Shown here one piece after another: positions 1 to 9,906 of a stretch of DNA of 64,000 nt. Under the pieces are notes generated by a model, which made no database searches, had not been told where the DNA came from, and worked only from the letters and a program-made list of their open reading frames with translations. The DNA is from Candidatus Latescibacterota bacterium (GTDB lineage: Bacteria; Latescibacterota; UBA2968; GCA-2709665), in contig CAXXXF010000002.1 of the NCBI GenBank assembly GCA_963667175.2, positions 160,001-224,000 of the forward strand, in the 5' to 3' direction. Numbering within the stretch: position 1 is the stretch's first letter; each line of letters opens with the position of its first letter. The position numbers and the translations under genes are program-made.

Positions 1-17
1 GCAGAGCAAAACGACAT

Positions 18-176
18 TCAACTCACACGAAGACACAAAGACGCAAAGAAAGACAAACCAGCAACAAGCAGTCAGCCATCAGCAGTCAGCTTGAAGCAAA
101 GACAAGAAGCGAAAGGCAAAACCGGCGTCGGCGGCAGACTACGCCAAAAACGATCAACTCACACGAAGACACAAAG
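18..176. repeat. 23-bp direct repeat TCAACTCACACGAAGACACAAAG (18-40 and 154-176) in an A/C-skewed low-complexity tract
   Basis: Exact copies seen; heptamer-like TCAGC(C/A)(A/G) units at about 68-90; overlapping ORFs are low-complexity and not credible. Confidence 0.75.
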
Positions 177-454
177 GCACAAAGAGAAACAAACAAGAAG
201 CGGGCAACCACAAGGGTTGCCCCAACGAAACAAACTGGACGCGGGGACGAAGGTCCCGCGCTTTAAAGGTAATACATGGCTTTCGTACGGAACGTCGCAA
301 AACCCTATCGAGCGTACGGTGGTGCGGCTGGGGGTTTTTCCGTGCTATTCCGTCCGGCAACATCGCTTGGGATGGCCTAATCCGGTCACAGGGCAGCCAA
401 TTTCCATTTACGCCTGTGAGTTGGTTCACGGAAAAACCGGCCCCGCGCCGAGCG

Positions 455-489
455 GCCTGCCTGCAGCGCAGTACGCTGCGCAGGCAGGC
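455..489. repeat. REP-like hairpin GCCTGCCTGC..GCAGGCAGGC
   Basis: 10-bp inverted repeat; same ends as the units nested in the MITEs at 15.5, 34.6 and 49.5 kb. Confidence 0.7.
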
Positions 490-678
490 GCCCTTCTTTT
501 TCGCCCTTTTTCTTGGGCGCAGCAAGAAAAAGGGCAAGGAAGAAAGGAAGTTGATTTATGACGTGAAGCCTGTCTCTTGCAGGTAAGCAATTCATGAGTG
601 GGTTTTCCGTTTTTGGGGTCTTCAAATTGGCCACTTGTATAGACTGTTGTGAGATGGCTAAAGGAAGGGAGCGGTATT

Positions 679-1611
679 ATGGCTGAGTCTGTCTTAGGTG
701 CTCTTAAGGAAGGGTTCTTGCTCGCCGACGGCGGAAACGTGGAGGAGCTGACGCTGCGGGGATACGCTGCGCCGTGGGCGCTCGAGGACTTCCCGGACGC
801 GGTGCGGTTGGCGCACCAGGATTTCTTCCGGGCGGGCGCCGGCGTGATCAGAGCCCTCACGGGTAGGTGCACCAGATCCGGACTTGGCGAACGGGGAACA
901 GGCGGCGCGGGCAGTCCGGTAGATACGTTGAACCGGCGGGCCGTAGCCCTGGCGAAACGCGCCGCCGAAGGGGAGGCGCTGGTGGCGGGGACCCTGGCCC
1001 CTACGGAGACATTTCAGGCCGGCGACGGATCGGCGGACCGCGCCCGGGCGGAGTGGGAGGAGCAGGTCGGGATATTGGCAGACGCGGGCGTGGATCTGCT
1101 CGTCTGTGAGTCTTTCGGTCGACTTGACGAGGCGCGCCTCGCGCTGGCGTGCTGCAGGAAGACCGCGCTTCCGGTGGTGGTTTCCATCGACGTCGCGTTG
1201 CCGGAAGGTCGGCTGAACAAGCCTCTGCTGCGAGACGACGAAGGTACCGCCGACGGTGTCGGGCCGGCCGAGTGCGCGCGTACTCTGGCAGGCGACGGCG
1301 CCGACGTCGTGGGCGGCGGCGGGGTTCGGGAACCGGAGGACCTGTGGCCGGTGGTGCTGGAAATGCGGGAGGCCGTGGACGCGCCGATCGGCTTCCTGCC
1401 GAATGGGTACCGCACGTGCCGGTCGCACTGGAGGGACACGCGGGAGGCCATGCACGTCTACGGGATGGAGCTGGGTCAGTACGCGCTAAAGGCGATTGCG
1501 CACGATATCCGATTTCTGGGCGGGTCCGACGGGGTGGTCGTGCGACTCCTCCGTTCGATGGCTCAGGCATTGGACTGCGAGCGGAAGCACATCGAACTCC
1601 GGCCGCGATAG
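679..1611 (+). CDS. Homocysteine S-methyltransferase (BHMT/MetH N-terminal fold) family protein, Zn-ligand cysteines missing
   Basis: LLADGG..EL, H.DFFRAGA, GVDLLVCESF; has VVGGGG and FLGGSDG where G.NC and GGCCG are expected; ATG 679 after GGAAGGGAG. Confidence 0.8.
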   Translation: MAESVLGALKEGFLLADGGNVEELTLRGYAAPWALEDFPDAVRLAHQDFFRAGAGVIRALTGRCTRSGLGERGTGGAGSPVDTLNRRAVALAKRAAEGEALVAGTLAPTETFQAGDGSADRARAEWEEQVGILADAGVDLLVCESFGRLDEARLALACCRKTALPVVVSIDVALPEGRLNKPLLRDDEGTADGVGPAECARTLAGDGADVVGGGGVREPEDLWPVVLEMREAVDAPIGFLPNGYRTCRSHWRDTREAMHVYGMELGQYALKAIAHDIRFLGGSDGVVVRLLRSMAQALDCERKHIELRPR

Positions 1612-1693
1612 GGGGCAACGAGGGAAGGTCGCCGACGGCATCCGCCGCTCCGGCGACCGGGGATTGGGATGACTCTTGCAGAGGAGAACCAGG

Positions 1694-2611
1694 ATGGGCA
1701 TGGACATACTGAAGATGCTGGAAGAGGGCGTTGTTCTGAGCGATGGGGGGATGATCATCGAGGCCAGGTGGCGGGGGTACGATACGCCCGCGATGATCCT
1801 GGAAGATCCGGACGCGCTGCGTCAGATCCATCAGGATTTCTACAGGGCCGGTTCCCACGTGCTCCAGGCGCAGACCTGGTGGACCAGCCGGTCGCAACTG
1901 GAACGCCGCGACATATCGGGTGACGGGGTCGGCGGGGAGGCGGCCCGGCTCGAGGAGATTTCCCGCACGGCGATCCGTTTGGCCAGGGAGGCTTCCGGCG
2001 ACGAAGCCCTGGTCGCCGGGTGCCTGAACCAGACGGCCGCGGGCTCGTGGACGGGGCCGTATATTTATCAGCCCGATAATGCACGGGCGCGCGAGCGGGC
2101 GTGCGCGGAGTGGGACGAACACATTTCGTGGATGGTGGACGCGGGCGCCGGACTTCTGGTGCCGGAAACGTTCGCCCGCCTCGACGAGGCCCGGCTCTGC
2201 CTGTCGCGCTGCAAGAAAACCGACGTTCCCGCGATGGTGCTGATGGGCTCGAGCGGCCGGACGCACGACGGCGCCACGCCCGCGGAGTGCGCGAAGGTCC
2301 TGGCGGACGAAGGCGCGGATATCGTGGGCCTGGTCTGCTCCGGCGACTCGATGACCATGTGGCCGGGGGTCCTGGCGATGCGGGAGGCGGTGGATATCCC
2401 CATCGCCTATCAGCCGCAGGGCTATCGGAACGCCGGTCCCAACAATTCGGTGATCCGCGAGTCGATGATCGTATCGGGCCGCGAGATGGCCCAATACGCG
2501 CTGAAGGCGAAGGCCGAGGGGATCAACTTCATCGGCGCGTGCTGCGGCGCGGGGCCGTCTCACATCCGGGCGATTGCGCAGGCGCTGGGCTGCGAGCGCC
2601 ATCCGGTGTGA
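1694..2611 (+). CDS. Homocysteine S-methyltransferase (BHMT-like) family protein
   Basis: VLSDGGM, HQDFYRAGS, GLVC and IGACCGAGPSHIRAIA Zn motifs; RBS GAGGAG. Confidence 0.88.
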   Translation: MGMDILKMLEEGVVLSDGGMIIEARWRGYDTPAMILEDPDALRQIHQDFYRAGSHVLQAQTWWTSRSQLERRDISGDGVGGEAARLEEISRTAIRLAREASGDEALVAGCLNQTAAGSWTGPYIYQPDNARARERACAEWDEHISWMVDAGAGLLVPETFARLDEARLCLSRCKKTDVPAMVLMGSSGRTHDGATPAECAKVLADEGADIVGLVCSGDSMTMWPGVLAMREAVDIPIAYQPQGYRNAGPNNSVIRESMIVSGREMAQYALKAKAEGINFIGACCGAGPSHIRAIAQALGCERHPV

Positions 2612-2676
2612 ACCCAAGCGATTGTTACGTAGGCGCTGCGCTTCGCCCGGAGGCGATGATTGCTTGACGCGTGCTC

Positions 2677-3603
2677 CTATTCGGCAAACTCGTAGACGAG
2701 CGCGTCGGCCGGGCCATCTTTGAGTTGCAGGACAATAACTCCCGAATCCTGCTGATACGCTTTCTGGTAAAGCGCCTTGATTGGCGCCAGGCTGAAGAAG
2801 TAGCCTTCAGTGACCCATCTCTGGCATGGGTCGTCGTTGGCATTGTGGGCGAGCGCGACGTTAAGCTGCACAGGGTCTGACTCCATGAATGCCCCGGCTG
2901 CCACCAACGTGAATTGGTGATCTCTACATCCACCGCCGTACGATACCGTAACGGAGAGCGTATCGCCCGCTATCTTGGCGGCGTTCAACTCAAAAGCGTC
3001 CTTGCCCCACCTGTCGGTCGCATCCGTGTCGTTGTCGCTGATGACCGTGTCGCCCCGACGTTTCGGTTCCTCAGGCGCGTCGTCGTCAGCCGGCGTGGAT
3101 GCGCTCACCCTTGCCTTTTCACCGACGGGCAAATCGACCGTCAATTCATACCCACCATTAATTGGAATGCTCGACCAGGTACCCAGCAGACGACCGTCCC
3201 GCCGCGCGCGCGCGCGGTAGTAGCCGCTCACGTCGTCCGCGCGAATCTCCACGCGGGCTTCACCCTGTTCGTCGGTTGTGCCCGACCACTCGTAAATGGC
3301 CGCCCGACCCGAAATGGAACGCGAGAACGCCACCGTGACGTCACGGAGCGGCGTCTGGCCTTGCCGCAATACGGCAACCACCACGGCGCGTGCGAGGTCC
3401 TCGTTCACGGCAACCACGGCCTCCCCAGGGTCGTTATCCGCGGCTGATTTATTCAGAGGGCTACCAATCTGTCCGTTCGCCCCTGCAGCGTTCGGCTCGC
3501 CGGTGTCCGTACTTCCCGACGTCATCACACGATCACCGCCGCAAGTCCACGAAAGACCCGCGGCGAGCGTCAACGCAAATACACTGAAGATGCGTCCGGT
3601 CAT
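2677..3603 (-). CDS. Secreted/lipoprotein with Ig-like (Big-1-like) domain and NigD-like C-terminal domain
   Basis: ATG 3603 with AAGGAGG RBS; signal peptide ending SWTCGG; C-terminal VSYGGGC..H.F.L..FMES.PVQ..L.HNANDDPC; the N-terminal part of the 792-aa ORF is shadow of the opposite gene. Confidence 0.7.
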   Translation of the reverse strand: MTGRIFSVFALTLAAGLSWTCGGDRVMTSGSTDTGEPNAAGANGQIGSPLNKSAADNDPGEAVVAVNEDLARAVVVAVLRQGQTPLRDVTVAFSRSISGRAAIYEWSGTTDEQGEARVEIRADDVSGYYRARARRDGRLLGTWSSIPINGGYELTVDLPVGEKARVSASTPADDDAPEEPKRRGDTVISDNDTDATDRWGKDAFELNAAKIAGDTLSVTVSYGGGCRDHQFTLVAAGAFMESDPVQLNVALAHNANDDPCQRWVTEGYFFSLAPIKALYQKAYQQDSGVIVLQLKDGPADALVYEFAE

Positions 3604-3861
3604 CGAAATCCTCCTTGTTGCTTCGGAAGTGGTGGCCGAACGGTACTTTTCTGAACCCAACTGCTCTTTGCCGATCGGCGGCGAAGGCGAAAAAGACACT
3701 GTCGCATCGTCTGCTGTAACGGTTAAATTGCGCGAAAGTTCCGATTTTGTTTTTCCCCGGAGCATCGTGAAGCCGAAATTGGGGTCGACCGTCTCGTGTC
3801 GGCGACGGCCCTCGTTGCGCGGAGCGTTGCGCTCCATCACGTCGAAACAACGGAGGAATTC

Positions 3862-5082
3862 ATGGACGAGATCAGAATCGGCATTGCCGGGCTGGGTCAC
3901 CGCGGGCTGCACTGGATCCGGCTGCTGCAGAAGGCGCCGGGCTACCGGATTACGGCCATCTACGACTGGATCGAGCCGCTCCAGGAGCGGGCCCTGGCGG
4001 AGATCGAGTACCGCGGCGACGTGAAGGTGTTCGGCAACTACTACGATTTCCTGTCGTACGACGGGATGGACGCGGTGGGGCTGGTGGTGAGGCAAATGGA
4101 GCAGGGGACCATGGCCGCGGAGGCCATGGAGGCCGGGAAGCACGTCAACTGCGAGGTGCCCGGGGCCCATACGATGGAGGAGTGCTGGCGCATCGTCACG
4201 AACGTGGAACGCACCGGACTGGTCTACAGCCTTGCGGAGCAGACGCGGTTCTGGGGGTTCGTGGACGGATGGAAGAAGCTGGTCGACGACGGGATGCTGG
4301 GGAAGATCACCTACGCTGAGGGTCAGTATCTGGGCTATTACGGCACCCATCAGTGGTTTCAGGATTTCAGGACCGGCAAGCAGTACCCCGTCGATGCCCT
4401 TCCCGACCATCCGGAGGCCGAACCCGCGAATCCGCAGTATTTGCCTTACATCATCTCCGCCTCGTACGACCTGAGTATCCTGCTGAAGATTCTGGACGAC
4501 CGCGTCGTCGAGGTCACGGGCATGAGTACCAAACCGCCGAGTTATACGACGCCGGAGATGCTCAACGCCGATATTCAGGTGGCGCTGATGAAAACGGAAA
4601 AAGATACGCTGATCCGGATGCTGAACGGATTCAATCAGCCCAGGCCGCACGGAGACCACCACTGGTGGCAGATGATCGGGACGAAGGGCAGCGTGGAGTG
4701 GCGGAGGTCCGGAAAGGAGAAGCCGAAATTGTGGCTGGCGGATACGCAGATGAACGACTGGACGGAGGTCGACTGGCAGTACCGTCGGACAGACGCGCCG
4801 CCGGAGGCGCGGGGGAGCGGACACGGCGATGCGGACTATTATGTGCATATGTATTTCCGCGACGCGATCCTGAAGGGCGAGCCACTGACGTACGACGTGT
4901 ACCGGGTGATGGACTCGATGGCGCCGGCGGTGCTGGCCGTGGATTCGATCGAAGATGGCAGCAGGGTCGTGAGGGTGCCGGACTTCCGGCCCGGCGCGGA
5001 CCGCCCTTCGGGACAAATGCCGGCGGACCTGGGTGGGATCGGCGGCCGCATCCACGTGACAAAGATGCCCGGGAGGCGGTGA
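3862..5082 (+). CDS. Gfo/Idh/MocA family oxidoreductase
   Basis: RIGIAGLGHRG Rossmann motif, AGKHVNCEVP, GHGDAD; RBS GGAGG. Confidence 0.9.
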   Translation: MDEIRIGIAGLGHRGLHWIRLLQKAPGYRITAIYDWIEPLQERALAEIEYRGDVKVFGNYYDFLSYDGMDAVGLVVRQMEQGTMAAEAMEAGKHVNCEVPGAHTMEECWRIVTNVERTGLVYSLAEQTRFWGFVDGWKKLVDDGMLGKITYAEGQYLGYYGTHQWFQDFRTGKQYPVDALPDHPEAEPANPQYLPYIISASYDLSILLKILDDRVVEVTGMSTKPPSYTTPEMLNADIQVALMKTEKDTLIRMLNGFNQPRPHGDHHWWQMIGTKGSVEWRRSGKEKPKLWLADTQMNDWTEVDWQYRRTDAPPEARGSGHGDADYYVHMYFRDAILKGEPLTYDVYRVMDSMAPAVLAVDSIEDGSRVVRVPDFRPGADRPSGQMPADLGGIGGRIHVTKMPGRR

Positions 5083-6416
5083 TGCCGAACTTCGATTTCC
5101 GGGCGTTTCTCGTGGGAATGGTCGCGGCCCTCGCCGGGGCCGCGGGGAGTGCCGCCGAAGCCCAGGTTCCCCCCGAAATATTGGCCCTCAGTCCCAACAT
5201 CCGGGGAACGGACGCCGATGCGGCCGCGAGGTGGCGGGTTGTCGACCTGCGCGACGGGGAAGGCACATCGCTTGACGGGACCAATTCATATGGCATCCAC
5301 GCCGCCGACTTCGACGGAGATGGCGACCTGGATCTCGTGGTGGCCTTTCAGTCAGGCGGGGAAACGGTCCCGGGCGAGGATCGTGAAACCGGCATGGTCT
5401 ACTGGCTGGAGAACGTGGTTCCCCGGCCGGATTCTGGATTGGCGTTTCGTATCCATCTGCTGGACGACCGGCAGGTTACGCCAAAGGACGCCGTTGTTGT
5501 CCGTCGCACGGCGGCCGGAAAAGCCGCCGTCGTAATCCCCTGCTATCTGTCTGGAGAGACGGTCATCTACGAGACTGCGGACGGAGGAGACTGGAGAAAG
5601 ACTCCCCTCCGGTCGAAGGTGCTCGAACTACCGGTACGGGCCGTGGTTGCGGACGTCGACGGCGACAAGCTCGACGATATCGTGGTCACCTCGATATCGG
5701 ATTCAGGGAACAAAGTGGGCTGGTATCGTCAAGACCCACAGCGATCGACGCCGTGGGAGGAAGTGGCGATTCCCGTGGATCTGCCTCCCATGATCGGCGT
5801 GGACGCGGGAGACGTCGACCGGGACGGAGATATGGATCTCGTGTGCGCCTCGGAGCATGCGTCCAGGCCGTTTCTGCTGATCAATTCCGATGGAAAAGGG
5901 ACGGAATGGAAGCGCGATTTCATCAGGGTGGCATCCGCCGATTCGGTGCGCCGATGGGTCGGCCGCTTTTCCGACAAGCCCGTTTCCCAGGTCCACGCGC
6001 GATTCGCGGACCTGGACGCGGACGGCGACCTGGACTGTGTGGAGACCAGTCTTCGAAACGGGTACCTGGCCTGGCGGGAACGCGTGGGTCCCGGGAGCGA
6101 ATGGAGATTCCATGAGATCGCGGGCGGTCTGGGTCACGCCTATTCCTTCGACGTCGGGGACGTGGACCGGGACGGGCGCCCGGATATCGTGGCGCCATCC
6201 GATGGCGGGGATGGCGTCTACGTATTCAGGAACGTGCGCGGAGACGGCACGTTGTGGGAAGCCACCCGACTTGGCGACGGCGCGGGGCTCAACTGGCCGA
6301 ACATTGTCCGCCTGGCGGACCTGAACGGTGACGGTTACGACGATATCATGTCCACCGACTGGGGGAACAGGGCCGTCGTCTGGATCAATCCGTTCGCGCC
6401 GTCGACCGGAGAGTGA
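5082..6416 (+). CDS. Secreted FG-GAP/VCBS repeat protein
   Basis: Signal peptide; repeated ADFDGDGDLD, DVDGDKLDD, DVDRDGDMD, DLNGDGYDD; TGATG coupling to upstream gene. Confidence 0.85.
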   Translation: MPNFDFRAFLVGMVAALAGAAGSAAEAQVPPEILALSPNIRGTDADAAARWRVVDLRDGEGTSLDGTNSYGIHAADFDGDGDLDLVVAFQSGGETVPGEDRETGMVYWLENVVPRPDSGLAFRIHLLDDRQVTPKDAVVVRRTAAGKAAVVIPCYLSGETVIYETADGGDWRKTPLRSKVLELPVRAVVADVDGDKLDDIVVTSISDSGNKVGWYRQDPQRSTPWEEVAIPVDLPPMIGVDAGDVDRDGDMDLVCASEHASRPFLLINSDGKGTEWKRDFIRVASADSVRRWVGRFSDKPVSQVHARFADLDADGDLDCVETSLRNGYLAWRERVGPGSEWRFHEIAGGLGHAYSFDVGDVDRDGRPDIVAPSDGGDGVYVFRNVRGDGTLWEATRLGDGAGLNWPNIVRLADLNGDGYDDIMSTDWGNRAVVWINPFAPSTGE

Positions 6417-8440
6417 CGGGAACCCGGCAACCTGCGAAAGACGTTAATGATCGGCGAATCGTGAACGACGGGACACAGCCGGAAGCGCGGGTGACACCGC
6501 GGTCCATCGTGATCGGTCTGTGTATTGCGACGGCCATGAGCCTGCTGGCATGTACGGCCCGGTACATCCAGAAGGGGTCGTACATGATGGTCGCCCAGGT
6601 TCCGATGGGCGTGCTGATCCTGTGCCTCCTGTCGATTCTGGCCTGCGCCGCGCTTGCCCGGCGGTTCGGGCGCGCCTTCGTGCTGTCGCCGTCGGAATGG
6701 ATCACGGTCTTCAGCATGGGGATGATCAGCGCAATCGGTCCCAATTACGGCGTCAGCGGGTACCTGGTGGGCATGATGGCGTCCCCGTACTATTTCGCGA
6801 CGCCTGAGAACCGGTGGGCGGAGTATCTCCATCCGCACCTGCCGGGGTGGTTGGTCCCGGCAAACGACAGCGGGGCAATGTCCTGGTTTTACGAGGGGCT
6901 GCCGGGCATGGCATCGGTTCCGTGGGACGTCTGGAGCCTTCCCCTGGTCTGGTGGCTCTCTATTGTCTTCGTGCTGGGCTTTGCATGTATCTGTGTCTCG
7001 GTCCTCCTGCACCGTCAATGGGCGGACCACGAAAAACTGGTGTACCCGGCGCTGGCTCCGGTTCTCGAAATGACCTCACGCGCCGGTTCCGGGAGGCGCT
7101 GGCTTCCCGATTTCATGAAGGGGAAGGTGTTCTGGGCGGGATTCGCCCTGACGTCTATCGTCTTCTGGTGGAACATGGTTGCCTGGTTCTACCCGCTGGC
7201 ACCCAGCTTTCCCACGGCAACCGGTCGCTTTATCTGGGACCTCCTTCCCAAAGAATATCCTCCGTTTTTCATCTTCCTGAGCACGCCCGTCATCTGCTTT
7301 TCCTATTTCGCAAGCCTGGATATACTTTTCAGCATCTGGTTCTTCGACTTCGTGTTCATGATCGAAGCGGGCGCGTTGAACCGGTTGGGGATCGTCGCCA
7401 CGTCGCCGCACTACGGCGCCGGGCCCTATACCGCCACGACCTACAAATGGCAGGCGGCCGGAGCGTTCGTGTCGCTGGTCTTCTGGTGGGTCTGGATCGC
7501 CCGGCGCCACCTGCGGGAAGTCATCCGGAGCGCGCTTCAGGCGACCGGGTCTTCGCCCCGCGCCGGGCGTGAACTGCTCTCCTACCGGGCCGCATTGATC
7601 GGCCTGCTGGTCAGCTGCGCGTACATCGCGGCGTTTCTCGGTCGATTGGGAGTGGAGGCCGGGATGATCGCCCTGCTGATTCCGACGATGTTCATCGCCT
7701 ATCTCTTCGTGGCCAGGGTCGTGGCCGATTCGGGGATCATCTATATCCAGCCGCCCGCGTCCGCCTGGGAACTGTCGGGCGCGCTCGTCGGCGGCGCAGG
7801 GAACCTGAATGCCTCCACGCGCGCGACCTTCGGCCTGTTGTCATTCACGGTCAGCCATCCCAGGAGCTTCATCATGCCGCTGGTCGCGCAGATCAATCGC
7901 CTGGGGGACTTTGTCGGAAGCGACAAACGACGGCTCTTCTGGGGCGTGTTCGCGGCCTTTGTCGCGGGGGTTGTCAGCTCGACTCTGTACACGATCTGGT
8001 TGGGATACAATATGGGGGCGTACAATTTTCGGCCCAACTGGCTGATCATCCACGAAGGAGAGTGGCAGTACGGGATGACCGTGAACGAGATATTGAACCC
8101 GGCGAGGATGCAGGCAATCGATTACTGGTTTCTCCTCATCGGCGCCGGGACGATGGTCATCGTAAATCTGATGCGCTACCGGTTCGCCAGGTGGCCGTTA
8201 CACCCGATAGGGTTCGCGTTGTCCGGCATCCCGGCGGCGCGCCGCATGGGGTCCACGCTCCTGGTGGCGTGGCTGGCGAAGCTGATCATGCTGAAGACAG
8301 GCGGGGTGGCCTTCTACCGGCGGTCGATGCCCTTCTTCCTGGGGATGCTGGTTGGATACATCCTCGCGGTGACGGCGGGAATGGTGGTCGACGCGATCTG
8401 GTTTCCCGAACGGGGGCACGTCGTTCACAAGTGGTATTGA
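6413..8440 (+). CDS. Polytopic membrane protein, DUF6785/DUF6784-like (putative OPT-like transporter)
   Basis: Many TM segments; ATPEN.W, RQW.DHEKL.YP, WPLHPIG, PFFLG motifs; GTGA overlap. Confidence 0.75.
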   Translation: MTGTRQPAKDVNDRRIVNDGTQPEARVTPRSIVIGLCIATAMSLLACTARYIQKGSYMMVAQVPMGVLILCLLSILACAALARRFGRAFVLSPSEWITVFSMGMISAIGPNYGVSGYLVGMMASPYYFATPENRWAEYLHPHLPGWLVPANDSGAMSWFYEGLPGMASVPWDVWSLPLVWWLSIVFVLGFACICVSVLLHRQWADHEKLVYPALAPVLEMTSRAGSGRRWLPDFMKGKVFWAGFALTSIVFWWNMVAWFYPLAPSFPTATGRFIWDLLPKEYPPFFIFLSTPVICFSYFASLDILFSIWFFDFVFMIEAGALNRLGIVATSPHYGAGPYTATTYKWQAAGAFVSLVFWWVWIARRHLREVIRSALQATGSSPRAGRELLSYRAALIGLLVSCAYIAAFLGRLGVEAGMIALLIPTMFIAYLFVARVVADSGIIYIQPPASAWELSGALVGGAGNLNASTRATFGLLSFTVSHPRSFIMPLVAQINRLGDFVGSDKRRLFWGVFAAFVAGVVSSTLYTIWLGYNMGAYNFRPNWLIIHEGEWQYGMTVNEILNPARMQAIDYWFLLIGAGTMVIVNLMRYRFARWPLHPIGFALSGIPAARRMGSTLLVAWLAKLIMLKTGGVAFYRRSMPFFLGMLVGYILAVTAGMVVDAIWFPERGHVVHKWY

Positions 8441-8737
8441 TTCCCGGCAGAGGCGATTTGACGTCGGCGTTCCGGCGAGTTTAAAGTAGGTGGACGCGAA
8501 CGGAGAAGAAGACCATTTGAGCGACCTGATTACGCCGTTTCGCACCGATACCCTCTGTGTTTTTTGTGCTTTTTGTGGCCAATTAAACGGTTGTCTTTTT
8601 TTGAATTGAGGTTAACTTGAAGAGCGTGCAAAAAGGCCGCTGAGGTACGGGGAAACCCGTGCGAATCTGACGTTTCGGAGAGGAGGCAAGGCGCGAACGT
8701 CACCTTCTTGACCAGGGGGTCCCGCGCGCCGGATTTT

Positions 8738-9889
8738 ATGGAAATTCGAGAGGTGCCGTTCGGGTCGATGGGCGGCGTTTACGAACAGGACGACGTCGAG
8801 GCGGTCCGCCGGATGCTGACGGACGTCGCGGACGAGGAGGGGACGTTCTTCCCCCTTCCGGAAGAGAACGACTTTCAGAATGCATTCGCCGCGCACGAGG
8901 GCGCCCGGAAGGCGATTGCGGTCAATTCCTGCGGTACGGGCCTGGACTGTTGCATGATGGCGCTGGACGTCGGCGCCGGCGACGAAGTGATTACGACCCC
9001 GCTCACCTTCGTCTGCACGGCCGGGACCGCGATTTCCAGGGGCGCCAGGGTCGTTCTCGCCGATATCGATCCGGTGAGCCTGAATCTGGATCCGGACAGG
9101 GTGAGAGAGAGACTTTCGCCGCGCACACGTGCGATCATTCCCGTGCACTTCGCCGGTCTCGCGTGCGACCTGGACGCATTCGACCGGATTTCGGAGGAGA
9201 CGGGCGTGCCGGTCATCTACGATGCGGCGCACGCGGTGGGCACCCGGTACCGGGGCAGCCCGGTCGGCGGCCGCGGGAAGGCCTCGTGTTACAGTTTCCA
9301 GAGCAACAAGAACATGACGTGCCTGGGCGAGGGGGGCGCGGTGACGACGGACGACGAGGAATTCGCGGAGCAGGTCCGGCAACTGAAGACGTTCGGATAC
9401 GTCTACGGGGGAGGCGGGACACGGGTGGTGAGGATCGGGTTCAACTACCGGATGACCAAACCCCAATACGCGGTCGGACTCACCCAGTTGGCCAAAATAG
9501 ACCGCGTGATTCAGGACCGGCGGGAACGGATGATCCGTCTCAACGCACTGCTGGCCGACGTGGCGGAGATCATTCTCCCGTCAGGACACGGCCCCGATCA
9601 CGGGAGCCATCTGCATGTCATCCGGCTGGACACCGATGCGGTGGACTTCACCACGGAAGCGTTCGTCGCTCACCTGAAGGATCGATACCGGGCGGCCACG
9701 GCGAAACACTACCCGCCGCTCTGGTCCTGGGACGCCCTTCAGGAACTGGGGTACGACGGTGAGGGATGTCCGATTGCCGCCAGGGTCTGCGAGCAGGTTG
9801 TGAGTACGCCGGTGTTTCCCGGGACGACCGACGAGGACCTGGTCTATATTGCTTGGGCCATCAAGCAGACGATTTCGGATCTGCGATAG
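8738..9889 (+). CDS. DegT/DnrJ/EryC1/StrS PLP aminotransferase
   Basis: AVNSCG.GL, GDEVITTPLTF, YDAAHAVG, SFQSNKNMT (PLP Lys), GFNYRM. Confidence 0.92.
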   Translation: MEIREVPFGSMGGVYEQDDVEAVRRMLTDVADEEGTFFPLPEENDFQNAFAAHEGARKAIAVNSCGTGLDCCMMALDVGAGDEVITTPLTFVCTAGTAISRGARVVLADIDPVSLNLDPDRVRERLSPRTRAIIPVHFAGLACDLDAFDRISEETGVPVIYDAAHAVGTRYRGSPVGGRGKASCYSFQSNKNMTCLGEGGAVTTDDEEFAEQVRQLKTFGYVYGGGGTRVVRIGFNYRMTKPQYAVGLTQLAKIDRVIQDRRERMIRLNALLADVAEIILPSGHGPDHGSHLHVIRLDTDAVDFTTEAFVAHLKDRYRAATAKHYPPLWSWDALQELGYDGEGCPIAARVCEQVVSTPVFPGTTDEDLVYIAWAIKQTISDLR

Positions 9890-9906
9890 GATATGCAGGA
9901 GGCAAA

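Noticed and set aside
18-176. CRISPR array
   Set aside because: Only two repeat copies 113 bp apart, no regular spacers and no cas genes.
240-678. SAM or cobalamin riboswitch upstream of the methyltransferases
   Set aside because: No recognisable SAM-I/II core or B12 box; the hairpins match dispersed repeat families. An Infernal/Rfam scan would be decisive.
2677-5055. 792-aa minus-strand ORF as a single gene
   Set aside because: The first 484 codons are antisense shadow of the Gfo gene and intergenic DNA; RBS and signal peptide place the real start at 3603.
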